From positions 240,744-304,743 of the forward strand of contig JAWAFI010000001.1 in NCBI GenBank assembly GCA_038890615.1: DNA of 64,000 nucleotides, in the 5' to 3' direction. Positions within the stretch are counted from its first letter, which is position 1. Each line of letters starts with the position of its first letter. Origin of the DNA: Candidatus Anstonellales archaeon. Lineage in GTDB: Archaea > Micrarchaeota > Micrarchaeia > Anstonellales > J096. The position numbers were made by a program, and so were the translations under genes. Below are positions 1 to 9,408 of the stretch, piece after piece. Below the pieces are notes generated by a model, which was not told the origin of the DNA, did no database searches, and saw only the letters and a program-made list of their open reading frames with translations.

Positions 1-379
1 CTGCCCTCCTGCTCACTGCCCTTGCTATGTGGAGAAGAGCCCCCTGCTTTGTGCCCCCTGGCACAATGAAGCTCGTTATCCTGTGCTTTGAGGAAAGCTC
101 CTTTGCCCTCTGCTCAAGCCACTCTGGGTCTAAGGAGGGCTCCTTAACTGCTTCTGCTGTTGGGACTGTTGCGAGGTAGGTGCCCAGCGAAAAAAGCTCC
201 TGTTGGACTTTTTCCACTTCATCCTTTTCAGCGCCCTTCATGTATGCTGCTGCAAGCCCTAAGATTGAGTTTAGCTCATCCAGAGCCCCTATAGCATCCA
301 TAATAGGATCGTCCTTCCAAACCTCCTTGTTGCCTATTACTTGGGTCTTGCCCTTGTCCCCTTTTTTTGTCAAGCCCAT
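1..379 (-). CDS. pduO: ATP:cob(I)alamin adenosyltransferase, PduO type (3' end runs off the window)
   Basis: Not in the ORF track. Manual translation from ATG at 379: MGLTKKGDKGKTQ...IGALDELNSILG...FIVPGGTKQGALLHIARAVSRRA, matching the PduO TKxGDxG, GxxDELNS and RRAER motifs. Confidence 0.9.
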   Translation of the reverse strand, partial: MGLTKKGDKGKTQVIGNKEVWKDDPIMDAIGALDELNSILGLAAAYMKGAEKDEVEKVQQELFSLGTYLATVPTAEAVKEPSLDPEWLEQRAKELSSKHRITSFIVPGGTKQGALLHIARAVSRRA

Positions 380-385
380 AGCGAT

Positions 386-646
386 CTAGCCACTTTGCCA
401 CCTTTTCAGTGTCTTGAGCTTCTCTTCAACAACCTCCTTTGCCTCCTTTTTGCCAACCCCCATCTCTTTGACAAGGTGATTGGCAACCTTTTCCACCATC
501 TCTTCAAACTCAAGCGCCTCTGTGAATTCGCCATCCATGTAGCAGCGCTTGCAGTAGTCAGGGCTGAAAGTGCCGTCTTTTTCAGTGCCATTGTCCCCTT
601 GCACCATAGGCATCCCGCAGCTCTGGCAAACTCCTCCACCGATCAT
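386..646 (-). CDS. Zinc-ribbon protein (CQSCGMP family)
   Basis: CQSCGMP...GTEKDG...DYCxxCYxDGEFT...LKRW pattern. Confidence 0.8.
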   Translation of the reverse strand: MIGGGVCQSCGMPMVQGDNGTEKDGTFSPDYCKRCYMDGEFTEALEFEEMVEKVANHLVKEMGVGKKEAKEVVEEKLKTLKRWQSG

Positions 647-700
647 CCGCCCACCAAAATTAGAACCAAAAGGCCCTTTTTAAGTGTTTGCCTTGGCTGC

Positions 701-2539
701 TCATTTCCTCAAAGAAGCACCTGCAAGCAGGGTGAAGAAAGCACCATAAGCAGCAAGCGCCAGCAATGGGCTTGGCTGGAAGGAGGCATAAAGGATGGCT
801 GATTGCATGCTTATCACTGCCTGCGAAAGAGGCATTGCCATCCCTATGAAAGAGATTATAGAAGGCATGAATTCAAAAGGAAAGAGGAGACCGCTCAGGA
901 ATAACAGGGGAAGGCCAACTACCAAAGAGGCAAGGAATGCAGTAGATTCAGAATCAGAATGGATGGCTATGAGCACGCCCAATGCGCAGAATGTGAAAAC
1001 TAGCAGAGCCATTGTCTGGGCCACCATTGACCAAGCTCCAATGTCAAGCAGTGGGAATGCTCCATAGGCAATGGAAGCAACAAGGGAAAGCAGGAGCGCT
1101 TCAGGGATAAGCACAATTGTGTAGCTTAGCGCTTTTGTTGCAGCGAATTCGAAGGGGTTTACCTGCGCTGCATAGATGCGCATAAGTGTCCCAATTTGCT
1201 TCTCGCGCACTAATGCAATTGAGGAAAGGAAGAGCGCAACAAACATCATTATCAGCGGAAGCAAAGATGGAAGCATGAACCCAAAGAACTGGCGCTCCCC
1301 GAAAATGTAGCTAGTGGATATGAGCATTGGGGAAATGACGAATGAAGGCGAGCGGGAGGTTATCTCTGCAATCTGCGCCCTGCTTGAGGTTATTATGTTT
1401 TCTAGGTAGTAAGTTTTCTCTTCAATCTCATTAAGCGAAGAATTCACTTCAGCGATTGTCTCCAATGCAGAGATGCGGTTCTGCTCAAGCTCATCAACAA
1501 AGTTGAGCATGCTTGCAACCTTCAGCTCAGCGTCGTATGTGCTGTTGCGTGCAGAGTATATGCGTGCCTTGAACACCTGTATTGTCTCATTTGCCTCTGC
1601 AAGGTTTTGCTTGGCTGCGCGCACTCTCTCCAGCCGAGTTTCAACAGCAAGCTTCGAGTCGTTTACTTTTGATTCAAGAGAAGAGAGAGAAAGGCAGTAG
1701 GCATAGTAGAGCGGGTCGCTGCAGTTTATGCCTGCATGCATAAGGGAGATTGTCAAGCTAGCTCCTGATAAGGTTTCGTTTATCTGGGCAAGGTCTGCCT
1801 CTGTCTGCTCAAGCTCTACAGCATAATCAGCAAAATCAGATTCTATTTCAGTAAGGTTGCCTTCTGCTTCATCAAGGACCTGTTGGGTTTCATATATGGA
1901 GGAGTTTGCAATGTATATCTCTTCTCTTACCCCGCTTATGTTCAGAGAGCTAAGCGAATTAGCAGTTGCAGCAAGCCTTGCCCTCATGCTGCGCACCCTT
2001 TGCCTTGTTTCATTTATCCCAGAGCTTAGCCCCTCAAGCTTGGCGCTTGCATCATCAAGCTTTGCCCAAACAGAAAGTATGAAGCCTTCGCCTATGTGCT
2101 GGTCTGTCTCCTGCACTGCTGCTTTTATGAAGGCCTCCACAGTAGGGGAAACTTGGAAGCGCGAGTTGTCAACTATAAGGGCTATTTTTTGGGTTTTCCC
2201 TTCCATAATCCCCTGCTCAAAGCCATTGGGTATTACAATGCCTGCAGCAAGCTTTCCATCCTTTATGTCCTTTTCCAGCAGGTAAGCGCATGAAGAGTTG
2301 CCTATGTATTCAACTGCCTCGCTTGAGTCCTTTATGCCGCTTATGAAGAGCTGGGAGGCATTGCTGTTGTCAAGGTCGCATATGCCTATGGCGCTCCTTC
2401 CAACCTGCGCAAGGCTCCCGCTGAAAACTGCCCCAAGGATAAAAAGTATTAAGAGAGGGGCAACTGCCATAAGCATCAGTGTCTTTGCCTCGCGCATGAA
2501 CTGCTTTGAGTCCTTTTCTATCTCACTTATTATGTTCAA
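701..2539 (-). CDS. ABC-2 type permease with a long extracellular coiled coil (YhgE/Pip-like architecture)
   Basis: N-terminal TM helix, DLDNS motif, ~240 aa heptad-rich region, C-terminal ABC-2 membrane domain (REKQIGTL, LSGLLFP). Confidence 0.8.
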   Translation of the reverse strand: MNIISEIEKDSKQFMREAKTLMLMAVAPLLILFILGAVFSGSLAQVGRSAIGICDLDNSNASQLFISGIKDSSEAVEYIGNSSCAYLLEKDIKDGKLAAGIVIPNGFEQGIMEGKTQKIALIVDNSRFQVSPTVEAFIKAAVQETDQHIGEGFILSVWAKLDDASAKLEGLSSGINETRQRVRSMRARLAATANSLSSLNISGVREEIYIANSSIYETQQVLDEAEGNLTEIESDFADYAVELEQTEADLAQINETLSGASLTISLMHAGINCSDPLYYAYCLSLSSLESKVNDSKLAVETRLERVRAAKQNLAEANETIQVFKARIYSARNSTYDAELKVASMLNFVDELEQNRISALETIAEVNSSLNEIEEKTYYLENIITSSRAQIAEITSRSPSFVISPMLISTSYIFGERQFFGFMLPSLLPLIMMFVALFLSSIALVREKQIGTLMRIYAAQVNPFEFAATKALSYTIVLIPEALLLSLVASIAYGAFPLLDIGAWSMVAQTMALLVFTFCALGVLIAIHSDSESTAFLASLVVGLPLLFLSGLLFPFEFMPSIISFIGMAMPLSQAVISMQSAILYASFQPSPLLALAAYGAFFTLLAGASLRK

Positions 2540-3479
2540 CTGCGCTCGCCTCCCTTAGCTTTGAGCCAGTTAGCTTTAGGAAAACATCCTCAAGCGATGG
2601 CTTGGATATGGAAAGCTCTACGATCGTTTCCCCATTTTCCTTAAGGGCCTTTGAGATTTCAGCCATATGAAGGCCTATCTCCTTCCCTTCTATGACCATG
2701 CCGTGCTCGGTTGCAGTTACGCTTTCAACCCCTTTTATGCCTTTTATGAGCTTAATGAGCTCCTTCGGAGATCCAGGCACTGATTTTAGCTTGGCTATCT
2801 CCCTTCCAACCATCTTCTTGAGCTCATCTAATGTCCCCTCAGCTACAAGCTTGCCTGAATTCACAAAAGCAATCCTATTGCAGAGCGCCTCTGCTTCTTC
2901 CATGTAATGGGTTGTAAGTATTAGGGTGGCTTTGGCATCAGCAACCACCTTTTTCATTGTCTCCCACATGCTTATCCTTGTGGCAGGGTCAAGCCCTGTT
3001 GTAGGCTCGTCAAGGATTATTACCTTTGGGCTATGCATCAATGCGCATGCCAAGCTAAGGCGCCTTTTCATTCCTCCGCTAAGGAACTGCGAAGTGGTGT
3101 CTTTCTTTTCGCTCAGCCCAAGGCTTTCAAGGAGGAAAGCAGCGCGCTCCCTTGCCTCCTTGCCCTCTATTCCGTAGAGTGAGCCAAAGTAGAGGAGGTT
3201 CTCCATGCAGGAAAGAAGGGGGTAAATAGCATTCTCCTGAGGAGCAATCCCTATCTGCCTCCTTAACTCAGGGCATGCCTCCCTGCCGAAGATTTTTAGA
3301 GTTCCTAAGTCCTGCCTTTCCAAGCCAGCCACTATCCTTATGAAGGTGCTCTTGCCTGCCCCGTTTGGCCCAAGGAGGCCGAAAACCTCCCCTCTTCTCA
3401 CCTTCAAGGAAAACCTGGAAAGCGCAACCTTGTTCTTGTATGTCCTTGAAAGGCCTTCAGCCTCAATGGCGTATTCCAC
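2523..3479 (-). CDS. ABC transporter ATP-binding protein
   Basis: Walker A GPNGAGKST, signature LSGGMKRR, Walker B IILDEPT, H-loop TTHY. Confidence 0.95.
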   Translation of the reverse strand: MEYAIEAEGLSRTYKNKVALSRFSLKVRRGEVFGLLGPNGAGKSTFIRIVAGLERQDLGTLKIFGREACPELRRQIGIAPQENAIYPLLSCMENLLYFGSLYGIEGKEARERAAFLLESLGLSEKKDTTSQFLSGGMKRRLSLACALMHSPKVIILDEPTTGLDPATRISMWETMKKVVADAKATLILTTHYMEEAEALCNRIAFVNSGKLVAEGTLDELKKMVGREIAKLKSVPGSPKELIKLIKGIKGVESVTATEHGMVIEGKEIGLHMAEISKALKENGETIVELSISKPSLEDVFLKLTGSKLREASAVEHNK

Positions 3480-3502
3480 AGGTTAGAAACTCGCCTGCAT
3501 TT

Positions 3503-3949
3503 TTAAATCCTTTTGTAAATGGGCCTAACCTTCTCCCATTTTTCAACAGGGCCATTGCGCACAATGAAAATAGGGTGTGGCTCTATTTTATTTACTCTGC
3601 TTAGCTCTGCGAGCTTCCTTTTGTCCCTTCTGGCAAGCTTTGCTTTCAGGTGGGCAAACTCATACTCAATCTGCCCCCTGCTTACTGCTATTCTTCCTTT
3701 GGATTTTCTCCCTATCTTGCGCCCATCGAATGAGTAGCCCCTGCCCATTGCCTCCTTGTGTATGAAGTGCAGGTAAAGGTTGAGCATGCCAACAGGGTCT
3801 TTTTTTGAGATGAACCTTAAGGGCTGGGGGTGGTTGGCGTAGCCCTTGCTCTTTCCCTCAAGCACTGCCTTTGCCAAAAGTGCCTCTCTCCAAAGGGCAG
3901 TGAGCCCTTTTGCATCAAGGTACTTTGGGTGTATGCTCCAAAGCCGCAT
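3503..3949 (-). CDS. Pyrimidine dimer DNA glycosylase / T4 endonuclease V family protein
   Basis: N-terminus MRLWSIHPKYLDAKGLTALWREALLA and GYANHP, typical of this family. Confidence 0.85.
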   Translation of the reverse strand: MRLWSIHPKYLDAKGLTALWREALLAKAVLEGKSKGYANHPQPLRFISKKDPVGMLNLYLHFIHKEAMGRGYSFDGRKIGRKSKGRIAVSRGQIEYEFAHLKAKLARRDKRKLAELSRVNKIEPHPIFIVRNGPVEKWEKVRPIYKRI

Positions 3950-3988
3950 AAGATATAGCAACTAATTTTAACCTTACTATTTTTCTAT

Positions 3989-5344
3989 ATGGCACGAAGA
4001 ATATACATCCTTGAAGGATTTCCTGAGGAGATAATAGCAGTTGCATTCGCAAAAACGAGCAGGAGCCCTGACCCATTTGACCAGACAGCAAAGGAGCTTA
4101 ATGATGACAAGGCGCGGCAGTTCCATGAGAGGTGGGTGGTAGGCTATGGCCACTCGAGCGTTGCAGAGCATGCAGTGCTTCATATAGCAATGGAAGGGGT
4201 AAGCAGGCTTGCAGTGGAAAGGATAGAATCAGCAAGATTGGCTTCCTATACTGAAAAAAGCACACGCTACCAAACCATCACAAAAGACTCCTTCTTATTC
4301 CCTGAGGAGTTTTCAGGGAAGTATGACAAGCAGTATGAGGAGTTCATAGACTTCGTGTATAGGGCTTATTCAGAAAGCCTTGATGCTTTTATACCTTATT
4401 TCAAGGAGAGGATGCAAAAGAAGGAAGGGGAGCAGGACAAGGCCTATGAAATAAGGGTAAGGGCCGCATCACTTGACAGGGCAAGATTCCTCCTGACAAA
4501 CTCAATGCTTGCAAATGTAGGCATGACAGTTAATGCAAGGGAATTGGAGAGATGCCTTGTGAAGCTGCTTTCTTCCAATGTCAAGGAGGTAAGGGATATA
4601 GCAGAGGAGATTAAAAGGGAAGCGCTAAAGGCAACCCCAACCCTTGTGAAGTATGCAAACCCAAGTGCTTATATTCAGGAATGCGAAGCGCACTACTTTG
4701 CAATACATAGGGAAGAAAGGAGCGGAAATGCAGAGCCAGTTAGGCTTATGCATTACACAAGGGACGGGGTGATAAGGGTCATTGCTGCAATAATGTTCAG
4801 GCATTCTGGGCTGGATTATGAGCAGTGCTACAAGAAGGCAATGGCAATGACTGCTGAAGAGAGGAAAAGCTACCTAAGCAAGGCGCTTTCAGTTGGGAGC
4901 TTTGACACCCCTGTAAGGGAGCTTGAGCAATCTTCTTATACCTTTGAGCTTGTGATGGATGAAGGGGCTTTCTGCGAATTCAAGAGACACAGGATACTGT
5001 CTCCTGTATACCAAAAGCCTTCTGCACTGCTTGGCTACTACATGCCAAAGGAGTTTGCGGAGGTTGGAAAAGAAGGGCTTTTCAGGGAAGCAATGGAGCG
5101 CTCTGAAGGGCTTTACAAAGAAATAGAAAAGGAGATGCCTGAGCAGGCTGAGTATGCCATAACCAATGCCCATAATAGGAGGGTCTTAGTCACCATGAAC
5201 GCAAGGGAGCTCTACCATTATATAAGGCTAAGGGCCTCTCCTGCGGCGCACTTCACAATAAGGGAGATTACGCAGAAGATGCATGAGGAGCTGAAGAAGA
5301 TGCACCCGGAGATCTTTGAGCCCCTTAAGCCAAGGGAGAAGTAA
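3989..5344 (+). CDS. thyX: FAD-dependent thymidylate synthase, long tandem-domain form
   Basis: GHSSVAEH, SYTEKSTRY, two MxxNAREL repeats, RHR in the C-terminal half. Confidence 0.9.
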   Translation: MARRIYILEGFPEEIIAVAFAKTSRSPDPFDQTAKELNDDKARQFHERWVVGYGHSSVAEHAVLHIAMEGVSRLAVERIESARLASYTEKSTRYQTITKDSFLFPEEFSGKYDKQYEEFIDFVYRAYSESLDAFIPYFKERMQKKEGEQDKAYEIRVRAASLDRARFLLTNSMLANVGMTVNARELERCLVKLLSSNVKEVRDIAEEIKREALKATPTLVKYANPSAYIQECEAHYFAIHREERSGNAEPVRLMHYTRDGVIRVIAAIMFRHSGLDYEQCYKKAMAMTAEERKSYLSKALSVGSFDTPVRELEQSSYTFELVMDEGAFCEFKRHRILSPVYQKPSALLGYYMPKEFAEVGKEGLFREAMERSEGLYKEIEKEMPEQAEYAITNAHNRRVLVTMNARELYHYIRLRASPAAHFTIREITQKMHEELKKMHPEIFEPLKPREK

Positions 5345-6055
5345 TCAGAACAGGCTAATATCTGCATTGCTTCCTTTGGATTGGCTCTTTTCTGCCTCAT
5401 CAAGCTGCTTGCTGACCAAAACTGCAGCCCCTCCTTTTATGGCTAAAAACTTTAATTCCTCCTCTATTTTCATTAGCAACTCTATTTTCTTTTCCCTTGC
5501 AATAATGCCCCTTTTTGAGAACTCATCTATAACATCAATGGAGAACCTGATTGTCTTGTCAATCACTTCAGCAATCCTTTCTGGCTCATCCTCCTCTTTC
5601 TTTAGTATTGAGAGAACCCTTATCCTTTTCATTGCGTATTCAATTGCCAACTCAGGGCTTTCAGTATAGAAATGAAGGTGCATGATCCTTTTGTATATTT
5701 TCTGCTCCTTTCCCTTGTCCTCCATCTCAGCGCTTTCCTGCGCAAGTGAATTAAATTTGGAAACAAGGTCTATGAACCATTTCTGCTCCCTTATGGCTTT
5801 TGCCTCCTTTGAGTATACCTCCATCGAGCCCTTGTCCACGCTGCACCTTTGCTTAAGCTCGCTCAGCTTCATGCAGATCCTTTTGCCCAGCTCTATGTAG
5901 TCTATTGACTTGCCCACAAGCTTGGAAAGATTCTTGAAAAGAAGGAAAACCTCTTCTTCAATCAGGCCAGCCCTGCCTTCTTGGATGCCTTCATGGCGCT
6001 CATCCCTCTTGGGCTTGCTGCCCTTGAATATCATGCGCCTGAAGTTCATAAGCAT
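5345..6055 (-). CDS. Hypothetical helical protein
   Basis: 236-aa ORF filling the gap between thyX and polC, K/E-rich; no motif recognised. Confidence 0.6.
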   Translation of the reverse strand: MLMNFRRMIFKGSKPKRDERHEGIQEGRAGLIEEEVFLLFKNLSKLVGKSIDYIELGKRICMKLSELKQRCSVDKGSMEVYSKEAKAIREQKWFIDLVSKFNSLAQESAEMEDKGKEQKIYKRIMHLHFYTESPELAIEYAMKRIRVLSILKKEEDEPERIAEVIDKTIRFSIDVIDEFSKRGIIAREKKIELLMKIEEELKFLAIKGGAAVLVSKQLDEAEKSQSKGSNADISLF

Positions 6056-6093
6056 TATTCTGCAGGACCCTTTTATTAATTTTGCCTTAATAG

Positions 6094-9000
6094 CTACATA
6101 AACTCAGTTATGCCTTTCTGCTTCCTTTTTTCCTGCCCGAATATGCTTTCTGTAGCTGCCTTGAAAAGCTCGAGCCTTTCCTTGAGGTAGGGTGAAAGGC
6201 TATACTTATCAACCATCTCACTGGCTATCTCAAGGAACTTCAGCACCCCGCCTTTGCTCACAGTGAGGGCAATGCTCCCTCCGCACCTAGTGCACTTCCC
6301 TACAAGAGGCACCCTTCTGTAAATGGCATTGCACTTAACGCACCTGAAACCTTGCCTGCTGAACTTCCTGAGGTTTCCATACAAGTCAGGGAGGAAGTGG
6401 CTTGTGATAACCCTTTCGGCTGCATCTTGGAAATCAACAGCCCGCAGCTTGGAGTGTATCCTCATCTCTTCATCTATCTTTTCAGGCACAGAATTGAAAA
6501 GCTTGTAAGTGCTCCTTACAGGACCTGCGTCTATTGTTGCCGTGTGATGGGTGTAGTCAAGAGGGCCGTACTGCTCCTCCTTCCCTATGATGTCCTTGAC
6601 AGTCCTTACCTTGACCTCGCTTGGGCTCTTAAGCTCTGAAGCAGCCCTGTAGAACTCAGCTCCATACTCAGGCACTATTTCCATTGCATAAACCTCATCG
6701 TCAACCTCTTCAGGGTCTATGATTGTGGTAAGCACTATTGGGGCGTCCATTGTGCCCCCCCTGCTCCTTCCAAGGAAGTGCTTGCTGAAGTTAAGGAGCG
6801 CGTCAAGGAGCAGCATAATGCTGTCCTCATCCCCATCGCAGTTCCTCCTTTTTGCTGTGTGGAAGTAAGGATGGCAGAATTGCACATCTGCCTTGGTAAA
6901 ACCTATTACCCTGCCAACAACAGCAGCAGAGGTATGAGGGGAGAGGCCAAGGACAAGGTGCCCTACGAGATCCTCTTTTTTCTTTAGGTTGTAGAATGGC
7001 TTTTCTTTGTAGAGGTAAACTAGCAGCTCATCTATGAACTGGCTTACCCTCACAAAGTATTCCCCTGCCTTTTCAGGTATTATAACATCCTGCACTTTTA
7101 GGGGGAGCATCTGGGTGTCAAAAGAAAGCTCCTCGTTGTATATGTCTTTTGAGTAGCCAAGCTCCTTTAGCTTCTCAACAGGCGTCCCTATCTCAGCAGG
7201 CATAAACTGGGTGAGCGGGGCATTTATCATGTCATACCTTGCAGTACCGTCCTTGTTCACATATATGCCGTACTTCTCCCTGAGGAAACCTTTCTCAATG
7301 CGCTCTGCCTCTTTCTCCTTGCCTATGAGCCCCTGCACTCCAATAAGGGCTTTCGGGGAATAGCCAAGCCGCTTTGAGGCTGCCTCAAAAAGCTCCTTGA
7401 AGCCAACAACCTTCCTTATCCAAGGGGAGCATTCCTTTCCGCAATGGGCAGAAGACCTTACTTTTTTGTTGCAAACCTGGCAGATGTACATTCGCTCTGC
7501 CCTTGAGCCGCATAGACCGCAAAGCTTGTAGGGCTGGGAAGTGTTGCACCTGCTGCAGTAATAGATTGCAATCTCGACAGAGCTCTCGTAGCCAGATTTG
7601 CCTTCATAGACAAGGTTCAGGTTCCTCCTTGTGACGCCTGTGGGGTAAAGGACATGCGGCTTGCCGTTCATCATCCTGGGCTCTGCTTTTTCAGGCCTGC
7701 CCATCCTTGCGCCTATGAAAGTGCCTGCTCGATCCCTTATCTCAACCCCTGAAAGAAATGAGAGCGCTTGGAATATGTCCATTGAGCTTATTGCTTCCTT
7801 TGCCTTTTCTGCCTCTTCCTTTGACTTGCGAAGCATGCCAAGCGTGTAAAGGAGGGCGCACGAGTAATCCTCCTTGATGTAGAGCTGGCCATCAACCTTT
7901 TTGAATTCGCAGCCAAGCTTAGCAAGCGTGTCTGAAAGGGCGCTGTTGAGTATGAGCACATCGCCTTTCTGGGGGGCGCCTACCAGCGAGTCAATAAGGG
8001 CAATAAGCTCATCCTTAGATACTTGGTTCCAGAACAGCAGGTATTTGGGGTGCAGAGGCACATTGTAGATCTTGGAGAACTCAAATGCATCTTCACAGCT
8101 CCCTATTGACTTTGCGCCTCCTTTTTCCTTGCATTCTGCGCTCCACCACTCCTCGCAGTAGCCTGCTGGCACCAGAGGATGGCCTGACTTCTGGAAATCT
8201 CCGTATGTTATAAGTATGTCCCCTAGGTAATAGACCTTTTCCACCTTGCCCTTTACTTCCATTGCCCTTTCAAGCGAATTCAGACGCTCAACGCTTCCAT
8301 CATTAAGCATTACTAAGGGCCCCTCTATGCTTGTGCATGAGGTAATTGTTGAGCTCTTGCCAGGCCTTTCAACTTTCATCTGCGTGCCATGGGCTATGAA
8401 GTCATCAAGTATGACCATTGTAGCGGGATGTATTGCCTTTGCCATTATGCCTGTTGTGCGCGCCCTTCCATACCTGAGCCTGAAGCCGCCGCTGGCCATT
8501 GGATAGGAGAAGATCGGCCTGCCTGCAACAAGGCCTTCAAGGTACTTAAAGCTCGGCTTTATCTCAGTCTTGCTCTCTTTGCTTGTCACTACTTTTATTA
8601 CCTTCTCCAGCCACTCCCAGTCAAGGTTGAACTTCCTTGCGTATTTCAGCACCTTCATTGCCTTCTGCGCAATGCCTTCGCATGAAACAAGCGCAACCCC
8701 ACCCCTGACTTTGTTTGTATTCACCCTTTCCAGGTTCCTGTAGGCGCTTACCTCAAAGTCCTCTGTGGGGTGGCCATTTATGCATATCGGGCAGTTCCTG
8801 AATATGTGCCTTATATCATCATCAGAGGGCTTGTACTGGAGCTTGGCAGCCCTTGCATCGTAGAGGTTAACCTCCTCAACATAGCGCTCAATCTCATTTT
8901 CCATTGGGGAGTAGCGCCCGATCCCAAGCTTCTGCCTGGCATAGTCAGCAAGCAGCACTGTCATTGCAACAGCAGTGCCCCCTGCCCCCCTTATCGGGCC

Positions 9001-9408
9001 TGCATAATAGATGGAGACATAATTGCTCCCTTTCCATTCTTCAATTTTCACTTCAACGATCCCCTCTGTTGGGGCAACAACAACACCTTCTGTAATCACT
9101 GCAGTGCCTGTCCTGACTGCCATCTCTACCTTCTGCTGCTGGCTGAAATCCCCAAATTCTCCGCTGCATATCATTTCAGCAAGCTTAAAGGCAATCTCCT
9201 CCCTGCCAAGGCCCTGCGCCTCAAGCTCCCTTATGCGCGCAGCCACCCCTTTTGGGCCAACTATTGCCTCCACCCTTCCTGCCATGTCCTTTGCAACCTC
9301 TATCTCCACCTTGTCCTCAGGGTCATATCCCAGCGACCGTGCCCTTGCTGCTATGGAGAAGCATTCGCTTATGCCTTTCATTATGCTCTCGCTGTATTCA
9401 GCTGTCAA
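6094..9408 (-). CDS. polC: DNA polymerase D large subunit DP2
   Basis: YYAGPIRGAGGTA, GGFRLRYGRAR, RMGRPEKA, catalytic AKRRNCDGDED, Zn-finger Cys clusters; no intein evident. Confidence 0.98.
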   Translation of the reverse strand: MTAEYSESIMKGISECFSIAARARSLGYDPEDKVEIEVAKDMAGRVEAIVGPKGVAARIRELEAQGLGREEIAFKLAEMICSGEFGDFSQQQKVEMAVRTGTAVITEGVVVAPTEGIVEVKIEEWKGSNYVSIYYAGPIRGAGGTAVAMTVLLADYARQKLGIGRYSPMENEIERYVEEVNLYDARAAKLQYKPSDDDIRHIFRNCPICINGHPTEDFEVSAYRNLERVNTNKVRGGVALVSCEGIAQKAMKVLKYARKFNLDWEWLEKVIKVVTSKESKTEIKPSFKYLEGLVAGRPIFSYPMASGGFRLRYGRARTTGIMAKAIHPATMVILDDFIAHGTQMKVERPGKSSTITSCTSIEGPLVMLNDGSVERLNSLERAMEVKGKVEKVYYLGDILITYGDFQKSGHPLVPAGYCEEWWSAECKEKGGAKSIGSCEDAFEFSKIYNVPLHPKYLLFWNQVSKDELIALIDSLVGAPQKGDVLILNSALSDTLAKLGCEFKKVDGQLYIKEDYSCALLYTLGMLRKSKEEAEKAKEAISSMDIFQALSFLSGVEIRDRAGTFIGARMGRPEKAEPRMMNGKPHVLYPTGVTRRNLNLVYEGKSGYESSVEIAIYYCSRCNTSQPYKLCGLCGSRAERMYICQVCNKKVRSSAHCGKECSPWIRKVVGFKELFEAASKRLGYSPKALIGVQGLIGKEKEAERIEKGFLREKYGIYVNKDGTARYDMINAPLTQFMPAEIGTPVEKLKELGYSKDIYNEELSFDTQMLPLKVQDVIIPEKAGEYFVRVSQFIDELLVYLYKEKPFYNLKKKEDLVGHLVLGLSPHTSAAVVGRVIGFTKADVQFCHPYFHTAKRRNCDGDEDSIMLLLDALLNFSKHFLGRSRGGTMDAPIVLTTIIDPEEVDDEVYAMEIVPEYGAEFYRAASELKSPSEVKVRTVKDIIGKEEQYGPLDYTHHTATIDAGPVRSTYKLFNSVPEKIDEEMRIHSKLRAVDFQDAAERVITSHFLPDLYGNLRKFSRQGFRCVKCNAIYRRVPLVGKCTRCGGSIALTVSKGGVLKFLEIASEMVDKYSLSPYLKERLELFKAATESIFGQEKRKQKGITEFM

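Noticed and set aside
3989..5344. Double-length ThyX as a novelty
   Set aside because: Tandem-domain ThyX proteins are already known.
6094..9408. Intein in PolD DP2
   Set aside because: The length (1104 aa) and contiguous RRNCDGDED motif leave no room for one.
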